From Octopus bimaculoides (Eukaryota): DNA of 64,000 nucleotides. Location: the NCBI RefSeq assembly GCF_001194135.2, contig NC_068986.1, positions 111,583,560 through 111,647,559 on the forward strand, written 5' to 3'. How positions within the stretch are numbered: the first letter of the stretch is position 1; each line of letters opens with the position of its first letter. The notes beneath the pieces are model-generated. The model was given only the letters and a program-made list of their open reading frames with translations, made no database searches and had not been told where the DNA came from. Below, one piece after another: positions 49,551 to 62,870 of this stretch. A program made the translations under genes and the position numbers.

Positions 49551-51829
49551 ATGTGCATACATATAGATGCATATATTTAATATTCTTGCTCATATATTTT
49601 TTGTATCTATACTTATGTATACATATATATGTATATGTGTATGCAATACAAAAGCCAAGACAGAGTGTGATAGAGAGAGAGAGAGAGTGAGAATGATAGT
49701 TAGGGGCTAATATTAGCAACAAACAGATCCGCTGCTGTTATCGCTAACAGTGGTAGAGGACATTACATCAATGGGATGTTGTTTTATTTATTAATAGGAT
49801 CACATACTGTGCATCACTCTGCAAGGCTGCATGATGCATGGGAAAGTTGGCGTGACAACGATATATATTTCTTTCAGGTGATCTTCATTGAAGTCAAGCT
49901 GAAAAACCACTCAAGCATGTGTGATAAGGAGGCATTTACTTGTATATTTGAACTTCGTTCTTATACTTGGTCATGCTGTTTTTCTCTAACTTTCTTTTTG
50001 GCATGTATGTATTATTTTTGTATTCTTCATGCAGAGTTTCTGTATATATATACATATGAGAAAATGTATGTACGTGTAGATATGGGAGTGTAGATAGATA
50101 GATTGTTACAGAGGGGGAGAGAAAGAGAGAGATAAATATATACACACACACACATGTATATATANNNNNNNNNNNNNNNNNNNNNNNNNNNNNNNNNNNN
50201 NNNNNNNNNNNNNNNNNNNNNNNNNNNNNNNNNNNNNNNNNNNNNNNNNNNNNNNNNNNNNNNNNNNNNNNNNNNNNNNNNNNNNNNNNNNNNNNNNNNN
50301 NNNNNNNNNNNNNNNNNNNNNNNNNNNNNNNNNNNNNNNNNNNNNNNNNNNNNNNNNNNNNNNNNNNNNNNNNNNNNNNNNNNNNNNNNNNNNNNNNNNN
50401 NNNNNNNNNNNNNNNNNNNNNNNNNNNNNNNNNNNNNNNNNNNNNNNNNNNNNNNNNNNNNNNNNNNNNNNNNNNNNNNNNNNNNNNNNNNNNNNATATG
50501 TATGTATGTATACATGCACTAGTCGTTCTTTTAAAATTTCATATATATTTCTGAATAATATTTTAACCGATTTCATGTAATACGTCATTTTATGCGCTGT
50601 TATTGCTCCATTAATTTTATGGTAATAATGTTACTTTACCTTTTTTCTCATGCTTAAATTGTCAACTGAGAGATGAAATGAACGTAAATTGCAGAGACTT
50701 TCTTTTGCTGAAGATGTCGCGCAGAACAGCGTAATCTTCTTTCAATACCAAGAACGTTTCTCCTGCGTGTCGTCAGCCATCGAATTCCTCAAATTTTTTT
50801 CAAAATCATTCAGTGGGGAAACATTTGACTTGAAGCTGATGGAATTTTCGCACGCGTTACTGCGATGAGAAATGAAAATGTATGGGCCAATTTTGAAATG
50901 AACCCAGGCAAAAAACCTGATTGTTTGTTTAAAACTGACATTGGACCCTCTGTTGGACAGTCAAAAGTATCGTAGGGACGGAAATGCTGAGTTAAGGAAA
51001 ATAGGACCGTTCTTAAGAAATATATTCTGCACATGTTTGGATTAAAGGAGCGGTCGGTCAATTTGAAGGCCACTTTTTTGGCATGTAATGAAAACTTCTG
51101 TCTTCAACGACATACAACGGTGCTACAAGCAGTTACTACAATGAGGTTAAGCACCAACCTATTCTCCAATAACTTATGCAGTATAGAATATATTTTACAA
51201 TCTCTAAGTTGATGGTTCCCTTGTTAAATTTAGATCCTTCGAATGATTTTCACAAATGAGTAGTGTTACCAGAGTGTATACAAAATCGCCAGGAAGTGCA
51301 ATGCATATGACGACTAGCTTTGGACAAACGATGGCGGGCCTGTAGTTTTCCACATCAACACCGTGTCACTTGATCGTAAACCACTCTGTAGTAATGGCTC
51401 TATATATCCCACGAACTCTGTCTCATCGTGACTATGTCCGAGAACTGGAACGTACTGAGAATCCCTGTATTTTCCAATAAAAGGAAGTTTCCAAAAACCA
51501 TACAGTTGTCCAAGTCAACTTCCAAGGTTTTCTGTTATAGGACTTTACAATTCTACGCTACAACAATAAATAAATTTGCAGACAGTTAGTAAAAATATAA
51601 AAATATTAAACGATGATTATTCCTGAAAATTGAATTTATTCTCTGTTGAGATATTTCTCTTAAAACATCAATGAGAATGAGAAATCAAACAACTACATTT
51701 GTGACAAGATCATACACACAGGAACATGAAGGCGTCATATACAATGGCAGAGTTTATATACATACCCTTGATGGAAATGTTGACCTGTGTAGAAACTACT
51801 TACTTCAATATGTACACTGATATATATGG

Positions 51830-52087
51830 AGAGGAACATCGCAAAACCTGTGACAAGAGGAGATATGGATAAATCGGGTATAACTGACCATGTATGGAAA
51901 AATGGAGACCACCTCACCCTGTGAGAGGAAGTTAAAATAATAGACAGAACACCACTCAAAAATACGAAAACTAAAAGAAACAGCACATATCCTAGGACAC
52001 AACAACCTTCTAAGCAGACCGAATGCAGATATGAACAGCATATGGGAACCGGTATTAAGGAAGGATAGGAAAATATTAGATTTATAA
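51830..52087 (+). mobile_element. PLE GIY-YIG endonuclease C-terminal relic
   Basis: EHRK/VTRGDMDKSGITDHVWKNGDHLTL*EEVKIIDR/IRKLKETAHILGHNNLLSRPNADMNSIWEPVLRKDRKILDL*; stop at 52085-52087. Confidence 0.8.
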
Positions 52088-52116
52088 GCTCTAAAATTCA
52101 CTCCATAATTGTCCAC

Positions 52117-52368
52117 GAGCAAATGGCGTATTGGTTTAGAGCGCGGGCTACTAACCTCAAGATTCCGAGTTCGATTCCAGGCAGTGATCTGATGATGATG
52201 ACAATAATTATAATTAAAAAAATTATAATAATAGTAACATCGAAAATTACCTTAGGAATGAGAACCCAGGTCCGAAATTTTTCCATATCAGCCGAAATGT
52301 TGTGTTAACAACAAACAAATACCCGTCAAATGTAAATAATGTACATAATTCCTCATCTCTTAAATATA
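52117..52368 (+). mobile_element. Second tRNA-Arg-like-headed element; 5' half of the hammerhead deleted
   Basis: GAGCAAA-TGGCGTATTGG-TTTAGAGCG-CGGG-CTACTAA-CCTCA-AGATTCCGAGTTCGATTCCAGGC; tail shared with 46515-46842. Confidence 0.88.
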
Positions 52369-52380
52369 TACATACCCATT

Positions 52381-52583
52381 TTTCTACTGTAGGCACAAGG
52401 CGCAAAAGTTTTGGTGAGTGGGCCAGTCGATTAAATCGACTCAGTACGCAATTGGTACTTAATTTATAGACCCCGAAAGAGTAAAAGGCAAAGCCGACCT
52501 CGGCGTAATTTGAACTCAGAACGTCAAGACACACGAAATACCACTAAGCATTTCCCTCGGCGTGCCAACGTTTCTGCCAGTTC
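52381..52583 (-). mobile_element. tRNA-derived SINE, nearly complete
   Basis: Minus strand TGGCAGAAACGTTGG (A box), GAGTTCAAATT (B box), then the body gtcggctttgccttttactctttcggggtc. A fragment of a second SINE follows to 52665. Confidence 0.85.
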
Positions 52584-52955
52584 ATATATGTACCTTTTAT
52601 TCTTCTACTTGTTTCAGTCATGTGGGAGCACCGCCTGTAGTCCACCAAATCGACCCCAGGCCTANNNNNNNNNNNNNNNNNNNNNNNNNNNNNNNNNNNN
52701 NNNNNNNNNNNNNNNNNNNNNNNNNNNNNNNNNNNNNNNNNNNNNNNNNNNNNNNNNNNNNNNNNNNNNNNNNNNNNNNNNNNNNNNNNNNNNNNNNNNN
52801 NNNNNNNNNNNNNNNNNNNNNNNNNNNNNNNNNNNNNNNNNNNNNNNNNNNNNNNNNNNNNNNNNNNNNNNNNNNNNNNNNNNNNNNNNNNNNNNNNNNN
52901 NNNNNNNNNNNNNNNNNNNNNNNNNNNNNNNNNNNNNNNNNNNNNNNNNNNNNNN

Positions 52956-53042
<87 letters not shown>

Positions 53043-53479
53043 TAGATAAATTTCATATTTTTCTATGAGTTTATTTCTGAAAATACTGCCCGAAAACTTT
53101 TTATCAACGTCTCTAGTTCTTTCTTACACTATCTTCAACTCACTTTAATTGACTAAAGTTTTCATAGAGCTTTAATGCGTTTGTGTATATTGCTTTACGT
53201 AGGTGTGAGTATATATATAGATATACATAACAAATACACTTATATATGAGTTGGCAATTATCCATTTCTATGTATAAGTTGAGGCACCAGAATTTAGTAC
53301 GATTTTATCCATACAAAGACATAGAATTTATTTAAATTAAAGTCTATCTTTTTGTGCAGCTGAGGATTGCTCTGCATCTTAAATTTCTGTAGTGATTGCA
53401 TTGTTAAATTAATGGAGTTGCATGAAACGATCGTACTGCATTATCTCTGGATATTCTTGTTGCTTATTTTGATATATAT

Positions 53480-54150
53480 CTTAAAATAGGGAAGACCGGC
53501 TAATGGGATTATCTTAGGTTTCCCGTCCATAAAGGGTTTAGGTTTATGGGGTATCATTAGATCCCAAGCTTGTTGACCCAAGGCCTCTTAATAATATGGA
53601 GGAGGAAATTCTTAAAAGGTAATACTCAAAGGTAACAACGGACATTCTCTCCCTTGGCTATCGGCTATCTATTTCCGGCTATACCGATATCTTATGGGTT
53701 CCAAATGGTTATCAGGAATCTCCTGAAATATGAACATGGCCCGACAATCTCCGTTCTGGAGTTAAGGATGTCCCCTTAGTCGAGGGAGTCTTTTAGGATT
53801 CTTCCCCGTTTCCTATGCACAATTTGCATCGTTTTGTACCGTTGATATATGGAGTAGATAATATGTTTCATATCGAGCGGAACCCTGAAAGTGGTAAATA
53901 TCCAATCGAGGTGTGTACCATTTGTATCCCGTATATTGTCTACTCTATTACTAAGCTCTTGTACTTTTTTTTGTATACCTAGCAACCCTGGTTGCCTACC
54001 GTTAAATGTAAAACATTTGTTTCTGCTTACCATACTTCGATACGGAAGAAATCCATAATATTCCGCCTCAATACACCACGATTGTTCATGAAAGGATTTT
54101 AAGAATTTTGCATGGTTTGCTTGAAGCTGACCTTCTTCCCACACCGCGAT
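53480..54150 (-). mobile_element. Possible decayed non-LTR RT relic (clade unresolved)
   Basis: YYGFLP...HLDWIFTTFRVPLDMKHIIYSIY...D*GDILNS loosely resembles RT motifs (Q.GF.P; H..I...L...GVP; QGD.LSP). Confidence 0.35.
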
Positions 54151-54193
54151 CCTTGGAACTTACATTCATATAAATACTGTATACACACACACT

Positions 54194-54238
<45 letters not shown>

Positions 54239-54906
54239 GTGTGTGAGTGTGTGTGAGTGTGTGTATGTAAAACGTGCGTGTATGTAGCTATCTCTTTAAT
54301 GCTTGTGCGTATGTATGTGTTGGGAATCTGTATGTAGCAAATATCAAGCAGTCCCCATTATGGCAAAGCAGAATCATTCGCAGTTGGCCGAGGCAACCAG
54401 TAAATCAGTGCGTGAAACGTTATAAGACAATAATTGTCTTATGTTAACCACGAGTATTTCTAATCACTGGGGCTTATGTAATTTCTAAATACTTCCCGAT
54501 CAAATACGTGCCAAACGTTTGCAGCAGGGTGAATGCAATCAATTAAATCGACGGAAATAACTGCAGCCATTGCTCCAGCTTGGCAGCAGTGCGAAGAATG
54601 AAAGCAAACATGTAATGCGTTTGTGCGTATGTCTTTACGTAGGTGTGAGTATATATATAGATATAGTTGTGTCCATATCGTATCTGTGTGTTTTGTACTT
54701 TAGTTTTCGTTTACGTATTCAGTAAAGCTGGTCTTATTACTGCCACCTCTGTTGCTTATCGCTGCCGCCGTCGTCGTAGTCGACGTTGTTGTTGTTCTCC
54801 CGAATATTCCACAAATGGAACAGTTCCTACTTGTTCAAGAATAAATGGATTTAAGTTTCCTTAGAGGAAAAGGGCAACCTATCCACTCCCCTCCTGCCAC
54901 ATGCAT

Positions 54907-54969
<63 letters not shown>

Positions 54970-55923
54970 GCTAGCACTACGAATAAATCTACTCCACTTT
55001 CAAAGAATTAATTCAGAAGATATTCTTTGAAGAATATAAAGGGAATGTATTATAGTTGATTAGGTTTAATCTATGCATGGATTCCACTGCTGTGTCTGCG
55101 ATGCCAAGTCTACATTTCGTTGCCAACGAGATTCAATGAAGATGGACTTTTCCAAGTAGCAGCGCAGCCACTAACTTTGCTTCTGTGATTGACAGTTTAA
55201 TTGAAATATTTCGGTTGTTCGACAATAAATCTGGAAACTTGCTTGAGACTTAAATAAAAGTAGAGCGTGCGAACACACAGACGCACAGATACTCCCAGTT
55301 ACTGTTGCAATAACAAATACACTCATACATGAGTTGACTATTATCCATTTATATACACACATGCTACAATGTCACACAGATATGCAACACCTTCTTCCAT
55401 CAGACGCATGCATATACAACCTAGGATAAATTCTGAAGTGTGTTGCAAATGTATCCCCTTCCATTGGACGGATAAAATATCTTACGTTTATACACACATG
55501 TAAATATACACGCGTTTAAACACCAATATACATATACATACAGGCATACATAAATGCATACATAAATACATAGAAAAATACATATCAACTTATATAGACA
55601 CAGACACACACATACACTCGGAAGCATATGAAGATTCCTGATTGTGTGAAAAAATATCTACACTTAAAACTACGCACCTATTTACACCGATTTGAACAAA
55701 GGCAGCGCACCGTGTGAGACACTTGACACATGCACATAGAGACACACTCCATCACACGTACGCAAACACACACACACACATGGTGTGTGTGTGTTTGTAT
55801 GTGTGTGTGTAGATATTTATAGTATATAGTCGTGAAAAAGTGTATCTTGATGGAATTGTAGAAGCGTCATAGTACTACATCTGTACGTTCACGGGTGCAC
55901 ATAAACGAGTGTATATATATAAT

Positions 55924-55983
<60 letters not shown>

Positions 55984-56308
55984 TGTGTGTGTGCAAGTTT
56001 CTTTTATCTTTAATACGTTTCAGTCATTAGACTGCAGTAATTGTAAATCATCTCCTTAATAGTTTCTAGATTCTCTACGTATTTATACAAATAAGACTAC
56101 ATGCCAAGATGTATGCATATGCAATACATGAATATATGTGGTTATATAGATGCCATTGAGCGAGTGGATCTGCAGATTTCGACTTATACAAATGCAGACA
56201 TCTTCTTGCGTATCAATATGCGTTTACATTCAGTTATCACTTGAATAACTAGTGAATGTTTTAAACCTTTAGACATTAGTTTTAATGTCTGATAGTTGCA
56301 ATATCCTA

Positions 56309-56514
56309 GGCGGCGAGTTCGCAGAATCGTTAGCACGCCGGCTGAAATGATTAGCGGTATGTCGTCTACCGAGGTGGACTTTGTCTTTAATCCTTTCGAG
56401 GTGGATTAAATACGTAACAATTACGCTTTTGGGTACGTGTAATCGACATCATTCCTTTGCCTGTCCTTATTTTCCCCCCTCTGTGTTTAGCTCACCCGGG
56501 TAATAAAGAAATAA
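56309..56514 (+). mobile_element. tRNA-derived SINE with internal deletion
   Basis: ggcggcgagttcgcagaatcgttagcacgccgg head; cgaggtggactttgtctttaatcctttcg body; aataaagaaata tail. Confidence 0.8.
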
Positions 56515-56618
56515 ATATTTGCAACATCGTAATTTGCCTTGTTTTTTCTTCTTTTTGAAGCAAAGATTCCTAAGATTGGTACCGATGCAGTTAATTATGT
56601 ATTCATGCGTATTAACAA

Positions 56619-56789
56619 TCAAAATTCCCTAGTTTTGTTGGAGTAACTTTTACGCTTCATAACTTCCGCAAGGATGCTTGCTAATATCTTCTGTGCCACT
56701 ACTTTCTCCATTTCTGCATATTTTTTCTCTGCCACTTGTAAAGACGCATTGTTACCTTGCTGATATGCAGATAATTTCTCGCCGGGTAT
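56619..56789 (-). mobile_element. Possible Tc1/Tc3-like transposase N-terminal relic
   Basis: IPGEKLSAYQQG...AEKKYAEMEKVV resembles the Tc1/Tc3 N-terminal HTH (MPRG..L...E.G.I..L...G.S..EI). Confidence 0.35.
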
Positions 56790-59700
56790 TATTCTCAATA
56801 ATCAATTACGGATTACCTCCTGAAAAGTTGGGTGCAAACGTGATCATTGCTATTTAACTCAAGATCAAAGGCTAAATTCGAAGCTGAGAAGTTACGTGAT
56901 GTAAAGGAGAGGGGTGTTGTTCAACGATGTTTGATTCAAAGTTAAGCATCTGCCAGTTTTAATTTTGAACAATAAGAGACGATATTCATTCCACCCCAAA
57001 CTTCCTTGCTGTATGTTTGTGATCTTATTGTCACAGTGATCCACGTCGAATAGTTTCAGACAGGATGTATACATTTAACACGTGAAATTTGTGCATGCAA
57101 TTAGCCTGTACTTGTTAAGATACGAGTAGTTTTGTTTGCGACATTAGTTGTTCATCTGCTGGCGCCAACAGACACGATATGTTTGTCGAGAACTTGTTGG
57201 TTAACATTGATAAAATCCCTCCGATATAAGGTCAGCTGTTAGAACTAGTATCTCACAATCAAATCTTTTAATTTACTTTTGAACCATTGATGCTGAATAC
57301 TTTTGGTTCAATAGAGGAACAATCCTCCTTTCAGTTCAATTTAGCTCTCTTTCTCTCTTTTATCCTTTTTTTTAAAATTATTCTCTCCTCCCCATATTTT
57401 GCAACATGAATTAACTTCTGCCTTCTTCTTTGACACTAATTCATTGTTTGGCCATATTTTTGTGGACGAGAGACCGATTTGAAACAAATTCCTTGTTAAT
57501 TATTTTTCTGTCACCTCCCGTCTTTCTATGATATTTTTTTTTTTTTATCCCGGAGTTAACCCCCGTTTGGGAGCGATATATTTTTTACTCAAGAGTTTTC
57601 TTTTTTTATATTCTAGCTAACGCTCTTTGACTTATTTTGTATAGTTATTTGCTTTTTAGATAAGCAACACCGTCTAACAGGTGGTATTCTGTAAATAAAA
57701 GTTCGTGATTTTCATTTTCCAAAATTCTGCACCTTTTATTTTTATTGCGCTGGTTTTCTCTTCTTCAGCATCTGTAACTTACTACATCGTGATTGTTTAG
57801 ACAGCGTGTAATTATGAGGTAATCTGTTAAAAACGGAGTTAAAATTACAGATCTATAAATATGCATCAGAGGTAAATTTAAGCACCTCTAGAATCACGCC
57901 ATTTGATTTGATTTTAGCATTTTCCCTTGCTAGTGTTACTGAATCCTCTGAGAGTATGTTATCTTTCAGTGTACGCTAGAGATAGCTGAGTAACAATAGG
58001 GGAGGGGGTTAAATTTAATTGCAAGTTCATAAGCGGAGATAGAAAACTGATTTGTTGTGGGAGCCGTGTCTATTTTCGAAAATGTCCACGTGGTAGTATT
58101 TCTGCAGTGTTTACAATTCCAAGAATGATAACATGTGCAAAATTCCCCAGAATATAATTGCGATAATCTTGTTATTTACGCTCACCAAATGTCATTTTGT
58201 TAATGTAATTGTTTTGCGTTAAATAATTTAATTCGGTGTTTGTTCGTGCCACTTGCTTTCATGCCATTCATATAAAAAAATAGATGGATATTCGTTGGCC
58301 ATTTCATGGCAAAAGAAATTGATTGTTAGTTTTTTATCTTCAACATTAATGTATTTTATTTCTTCAATTCCTTCCAATATATATATATATATATATATAT
58401 ANNNNNNNNNNNNNNNNNNNNNNNNNNNNNNNNNNNNNNNNNNNNNNNNNNNNNNNNNNNNNNNNNNNNNNNNNNNNNNNNNNNNNNNNNNNNNNNNNNN
58501 NNNNNNNNNNNNNNNNNNNNNNNNNNNNNNNNNNNNNNNNNNNNNNNNNNNNNNNNNNNNNNNNNNNNNNNNNNNNNNNNNNNNNNNNNNNNNNNNNNNN
58601 NNNNNNNNNNNNNNNNNNNNNNNNNNNNNNNNNNNNNNNNNNNNNNNNNNNNNNNNNNNNNNNNNNNNNNNNNNNNNNNNNNNNNNNNNNNNNNNNNNNN
58701 NNNNNNNNNNNNNNNNNNNNNNNNNNNNNNNNNNNNNNNNNNNNNNNNNNNNNNNNNNNNNNNNNNNNNNNNNNNNNNNNNNNNNNNNNNNNNNNNNTTT
58801 TTTTTTTTTTTTTTTTTTTGCCTGTTGCAGTTGATATCAGGTTAGCGAATAAGGGTGATTATCTTTAGATTTATGAAAATAGTAGTGACAAATCTCTTAA
58901 CAGAACCGTACGAAAAGAGGGATGCCTGAGATAATGCTAAGTTTCAATGCACTCTGCATTTAGAAAGTTTGACAGAACCTGCGGATTGAACCAACTAGAA
59001 AAGCAAAGCAACACAACATGAGGATCTGAAAACGCCAGTCACAGCCAAAATGCTATCCTATTCAAACCAGTGTGTTAATGGTTTTATACAGACATAATGT
59101 ATTTGCGCGTTTTTGTGTGAATGCAATGATTGTCAGTGGTCGGATAAATACATATACATATATACGTTTACATATGTATGTTTGTGTATGCGTATATCGT
59201 TATCTCTCTTTATATTTAATGAAGATAAAGCATTTTATAAATCCAAATCTTACAAATTAGATATATTACGTATAACATGCTTGCATCTACATCACACTCG
59301 GATTTTTCAAGTAACATTATATCTCAAATATTCCTTCCATTTCATATGTATACAATCATACGGACATATATACGTTGTTACGATCAGACAAATTATAATG
59401 TAAGAAAAAGGGGTAAACTTCTGATCGCAACAACAAAATGTTCAAACAGGGAAGTAAATGTTCATATATGGAGATTTTGTCCAGTCTCAATTGTTTCAAG
59501 GTAGGTGGTGAACGGTCCCACCCGTATGCAGCTCTGTCTCTCGTTGTTTCTATCAGCGCCAAGCTCCAGCTATCTTCCCCACTCCCCTTTTTAACAGGAA
59601 GTACGAGATTACCTGCCTTGCTCGTTAACAGGAAGAGAAAGAGGTTACCTGTCTCGTACTACGCTAACTTCCTGTATATATATTTGGTTATTCATACAAA

Positions 59701-59816
59701 CGTTATTTGACTGCTGCCAAACAATCATTGACAAAAGTTTATCTCACCACCTTCGGAAAATATAGGGTAAGTTCTCACCTTTCTTTATATTATAAGTATA
59801 CATAACAATATATAAG

Positions 59817-59879
<63 letters not shown>

Positions 59880-59996
59880 NNNNNNNNNNNNNNNNNNNNN
59901 NNNNNNNNNNNNNNNNNNNNNNNNNNNNNNNNNNNNNNNNNNNNNNNNNNNNNNNNNNNNNNNNNNNNNNNNNNNNNNNNNNNNNNNNNNNNNNNN

Positions 59997-60066
<70 letters not shown>

Positions 60067-61189
60067 TGTTCATGGGAGTGAAGTCATTTCGCTGAATAAC
60101 AAACACATACTGAGAATTGTGTTTTTACAAACCCACACTATCAAGCATAGCTTTTTTGGAAACGACCGGCTCGGATTTTATTTTTTCTATTTTGCGTGTA
60201 TAAATTTTTTTACATTGTTAAATATGGTACATTTTTGACAGTTCTATCCCGCCTACTCAATATTTTCATATTTTTCTCTCCCAATTTTACTAAAATTTTT
60301 ACTTTATGCAATATTTTTTCTCTGTTTCTTTTCTGCTTTTTATAATTCTGAAAACTTCACAGCTGTATCTATTGAAATTTCTGAAACTGAAGTTTTTCAG
60401 CTTCATTAAATTTGTATATTGCTCTAGTTTCTCTCTATAGTTCTTTGAGGCGATTGTTCTTTGTATCTTAGTAACTAACTTTGTTAATATTCCTTCGCTC
60501 TCTTCTTTAAAGCACTTTAATGCAACACAGACACATAAACTGCAATGTGCAGAATAACCGCATCAATCTTCCTACAGAAAAAAGTTCAGCCTCATTAATA
60601 AAATTCTGCATGAAATACTTCAATATTAAAACGCATATTTCAATATACGTCTAAGAGGTAGAGCAATTTATTTTATGAAACACAAAACAGATAAAACTGA
60701 ATACACAATTCTGGTTTAAAAAATATGCCCTACACAAAAATGTTGGTTTCAACTATTTGAGATTTTGCCCGATGATAAAGAACATCAAGTTTAGGCTGAC
60801 AGGAAATTATTTCCAGAAAGAGCTGAAATGAAAAGTAAAATAAGACGTAGAATATGCTTACTAATAATTTTATAACATCAGACAGAATATAACAGACTTA
60901 TCTTCAGAGTGAGATTATGAACATCAAACGGTTGGGGCAAAAAAGATGGTATCGCTTAAGTCATAGACGTTAGAGTAGGATCTAAAACTAAAAACAAACA
61001 CACTTTATTTCCATTCGTCAATCATTCGATCAATTTTTCAAACAACTTCCTACTCGATTCATCAGTCACAGTATGACGATTATAGTCATTATTTGTTATA
61101 ATGCAAACATCAATCTAGCTTTGCACCTAGATCTGTGGAATTACAGCACCAATTCTGTGATTTCTTTTTCATACCACACTCTACTACAG

Positions 61190-62090
61190 GGAACCCTTAA
61201 ACCCTCTGCAACCAGACGAGCTGGGTGAAGTAACCGATTTAGTGGTCAACAGCCCGAGCATGAGTGGTTACTGTAAGACCCTTAGCCGATCAGATTGCAT
61301 AGATTCCTGAGAAACGTAGTCTGAATTCACTGCATCAGATATCCGCATTTGTAGTGTCATTGTGTCGTGGTTCACCTACTTCCGGTTCATCCTGTTTAAC
61401 AACTCCTCAATTGATGAGGAAATATAGCAGGTGTCTGTGGCTTTCGGTGTGTTTCAGACCAGAGTGTTCTCGAGCAAGAATCCGAGGAAAACTTGATGTG
61501 TGTCAAGCTATCGCTTTATTGATATGGTGCAGAAATCTGGGTGGTTTACTGCAAGCACCTGAAGATATTTGACTCTTTTCATATAACGTATCTCCGACGC
61601 ATCTTCGGCGTCTCATGACATACGTTGTCCCCAATAGAACCATCTTGGAACTCTCCAACTCCTTCAATATAAGTCTCTGATTGTTAGACGTCAGCTTCGT
61701 TGGATCGGCCATGTGTTCACGATGACCACCTTCCGCCTTCCCTATACTGATTTCCTAGGAGAAATTGACCGAAGTCCAACATTCTGTTTCAGGAAATAGG
61801 ATGAAATTGAAGCGTAAAGATGTTGCTACACTGCAGAAATGCAGCATTTCTCCGACACATCAGGAAGCTCTTACTGCGGTTTAAAGTGGATGGTGACGCA
61901 TAAAGTATGAAGATTGTAAAAACGTCAAGACAGGGCGTCGTCAACGACTCGATGAGCGCTGAGTGAGACGTGTTGCAAATACTGTTAGATTGCCTCTTAA
62001 CACTCAGCTCATCCTTTCCTTGTCCAACCTGTGGAAAAACTGCTGCTTCTATCAGCGTGTCCACTAACTGCGTTTGGTACGAGCTTAAAG
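61190..62090 (+). mobile_element. Decayed RTE LINE 3' portion
   Basis: SSIDEEI...AFG...GAEIWVVY.KHLKIFDSFHITYLRRIFGV...RRQLRWIGHV (61695); C-terminal CPTCGK. Confidence 0.85.
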
Positions 62091-62870
62091 GAATATGATG
62101 ACACTGTCCTTTCGTGTCAAGGGACCTTCAAGCAAGCATCGCAATCTGACAGAAATTTTGCAAATGTCCTGAATCTAGCAATACCCACTATTGACACTCA
62201 TCAGCATACTCCTCTTAACAATTTTTGCATTGAAATTAGTATTGTGGGTCCAAATTATTCTATTTGTTTTATGTTCAAACAGGTCATATTCAGTCTTTCC
62301 CCAACACGATAATACCATTCTAAAATTAAAAAAAAAAACCGCATCCTCAAAATCCTGAAGCTAGGAGATAACGAAATAATGAATCACTAATTCAAAATGG
62401 TGTGAATAAATTTGCACTACAATAATCTGAATGACAACACGCAATTTCGCAAAGCAGTTCTCAGCCATTGGTGGTTTTGGATGCATACATATTCCACTGT
62501 ATTTTCTGATAAATGTCTATACATTAAGAATAATCGAAGGCCTGAGTTTTGTGGGGAATTGTATTAATGCTGTGTAGTATTTCCCAAAACACTTGTCTTA
62601 GTAAGTTTTTTTCTATTCTCCAAAGCCTTGTCAGAGAGCATACTTTCCATGTATGCATTAAAAAAAAAAAACGCTATTTGAAAGATGAGCCTCGCTGGAA
62701 AATTCCTGGTCAACGTCTATTTCTGTTAAATATTGTTCTTTTTATAAGTAGAGTAGTTTTTTAAAATTTTATGTTCAGGAATTGCCTTATTTGTTTCCAT
62801 TAAATTCACCCAGTTACGGCCCAAGGTATCTATCAACTATTTACCTTATCATAGAATATAAAATTTTAGG

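Larger units (their letters stand above)
5356..59996. other. Numerous assembly N-gaps (e.g. 5356-5700, 21899-22658, 43340-44060, 45207-46041), nearly all flanked by microsatellites
   Basis: Directly visible; they generate all poly-X ORFs. Confidence 0.99.

Noticed and set aside
51918-51926. In-frame TGA in the PLE GIY-YIG as selenocysteine recoding
   Set aside because: It falls where Trp (TGG) is expected, and the relic has frameshifts; a simple nonsense mutation is more likely.
52117-52190. Functional tRNA gene
   Set aside because: The acceptor stem does not pair (GAGCAAA vs CAGTGAT), the anticodon stem is imperfect, and it is linked to a repeated tail; it is a SINE-type head.
57783-57823. 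41-nt minus-strand exon candidate (tttttaacag ... GTA|gtaagt)
   Set aside because: Peptides unrecognisable and no partner exons found.
5123-60238. Long ORFs containing poly-X, or YI/CV/HT/RE/poly-amino-acid runs
   Set aside because: They span N-gaps or microsatellites; not coding evidence.
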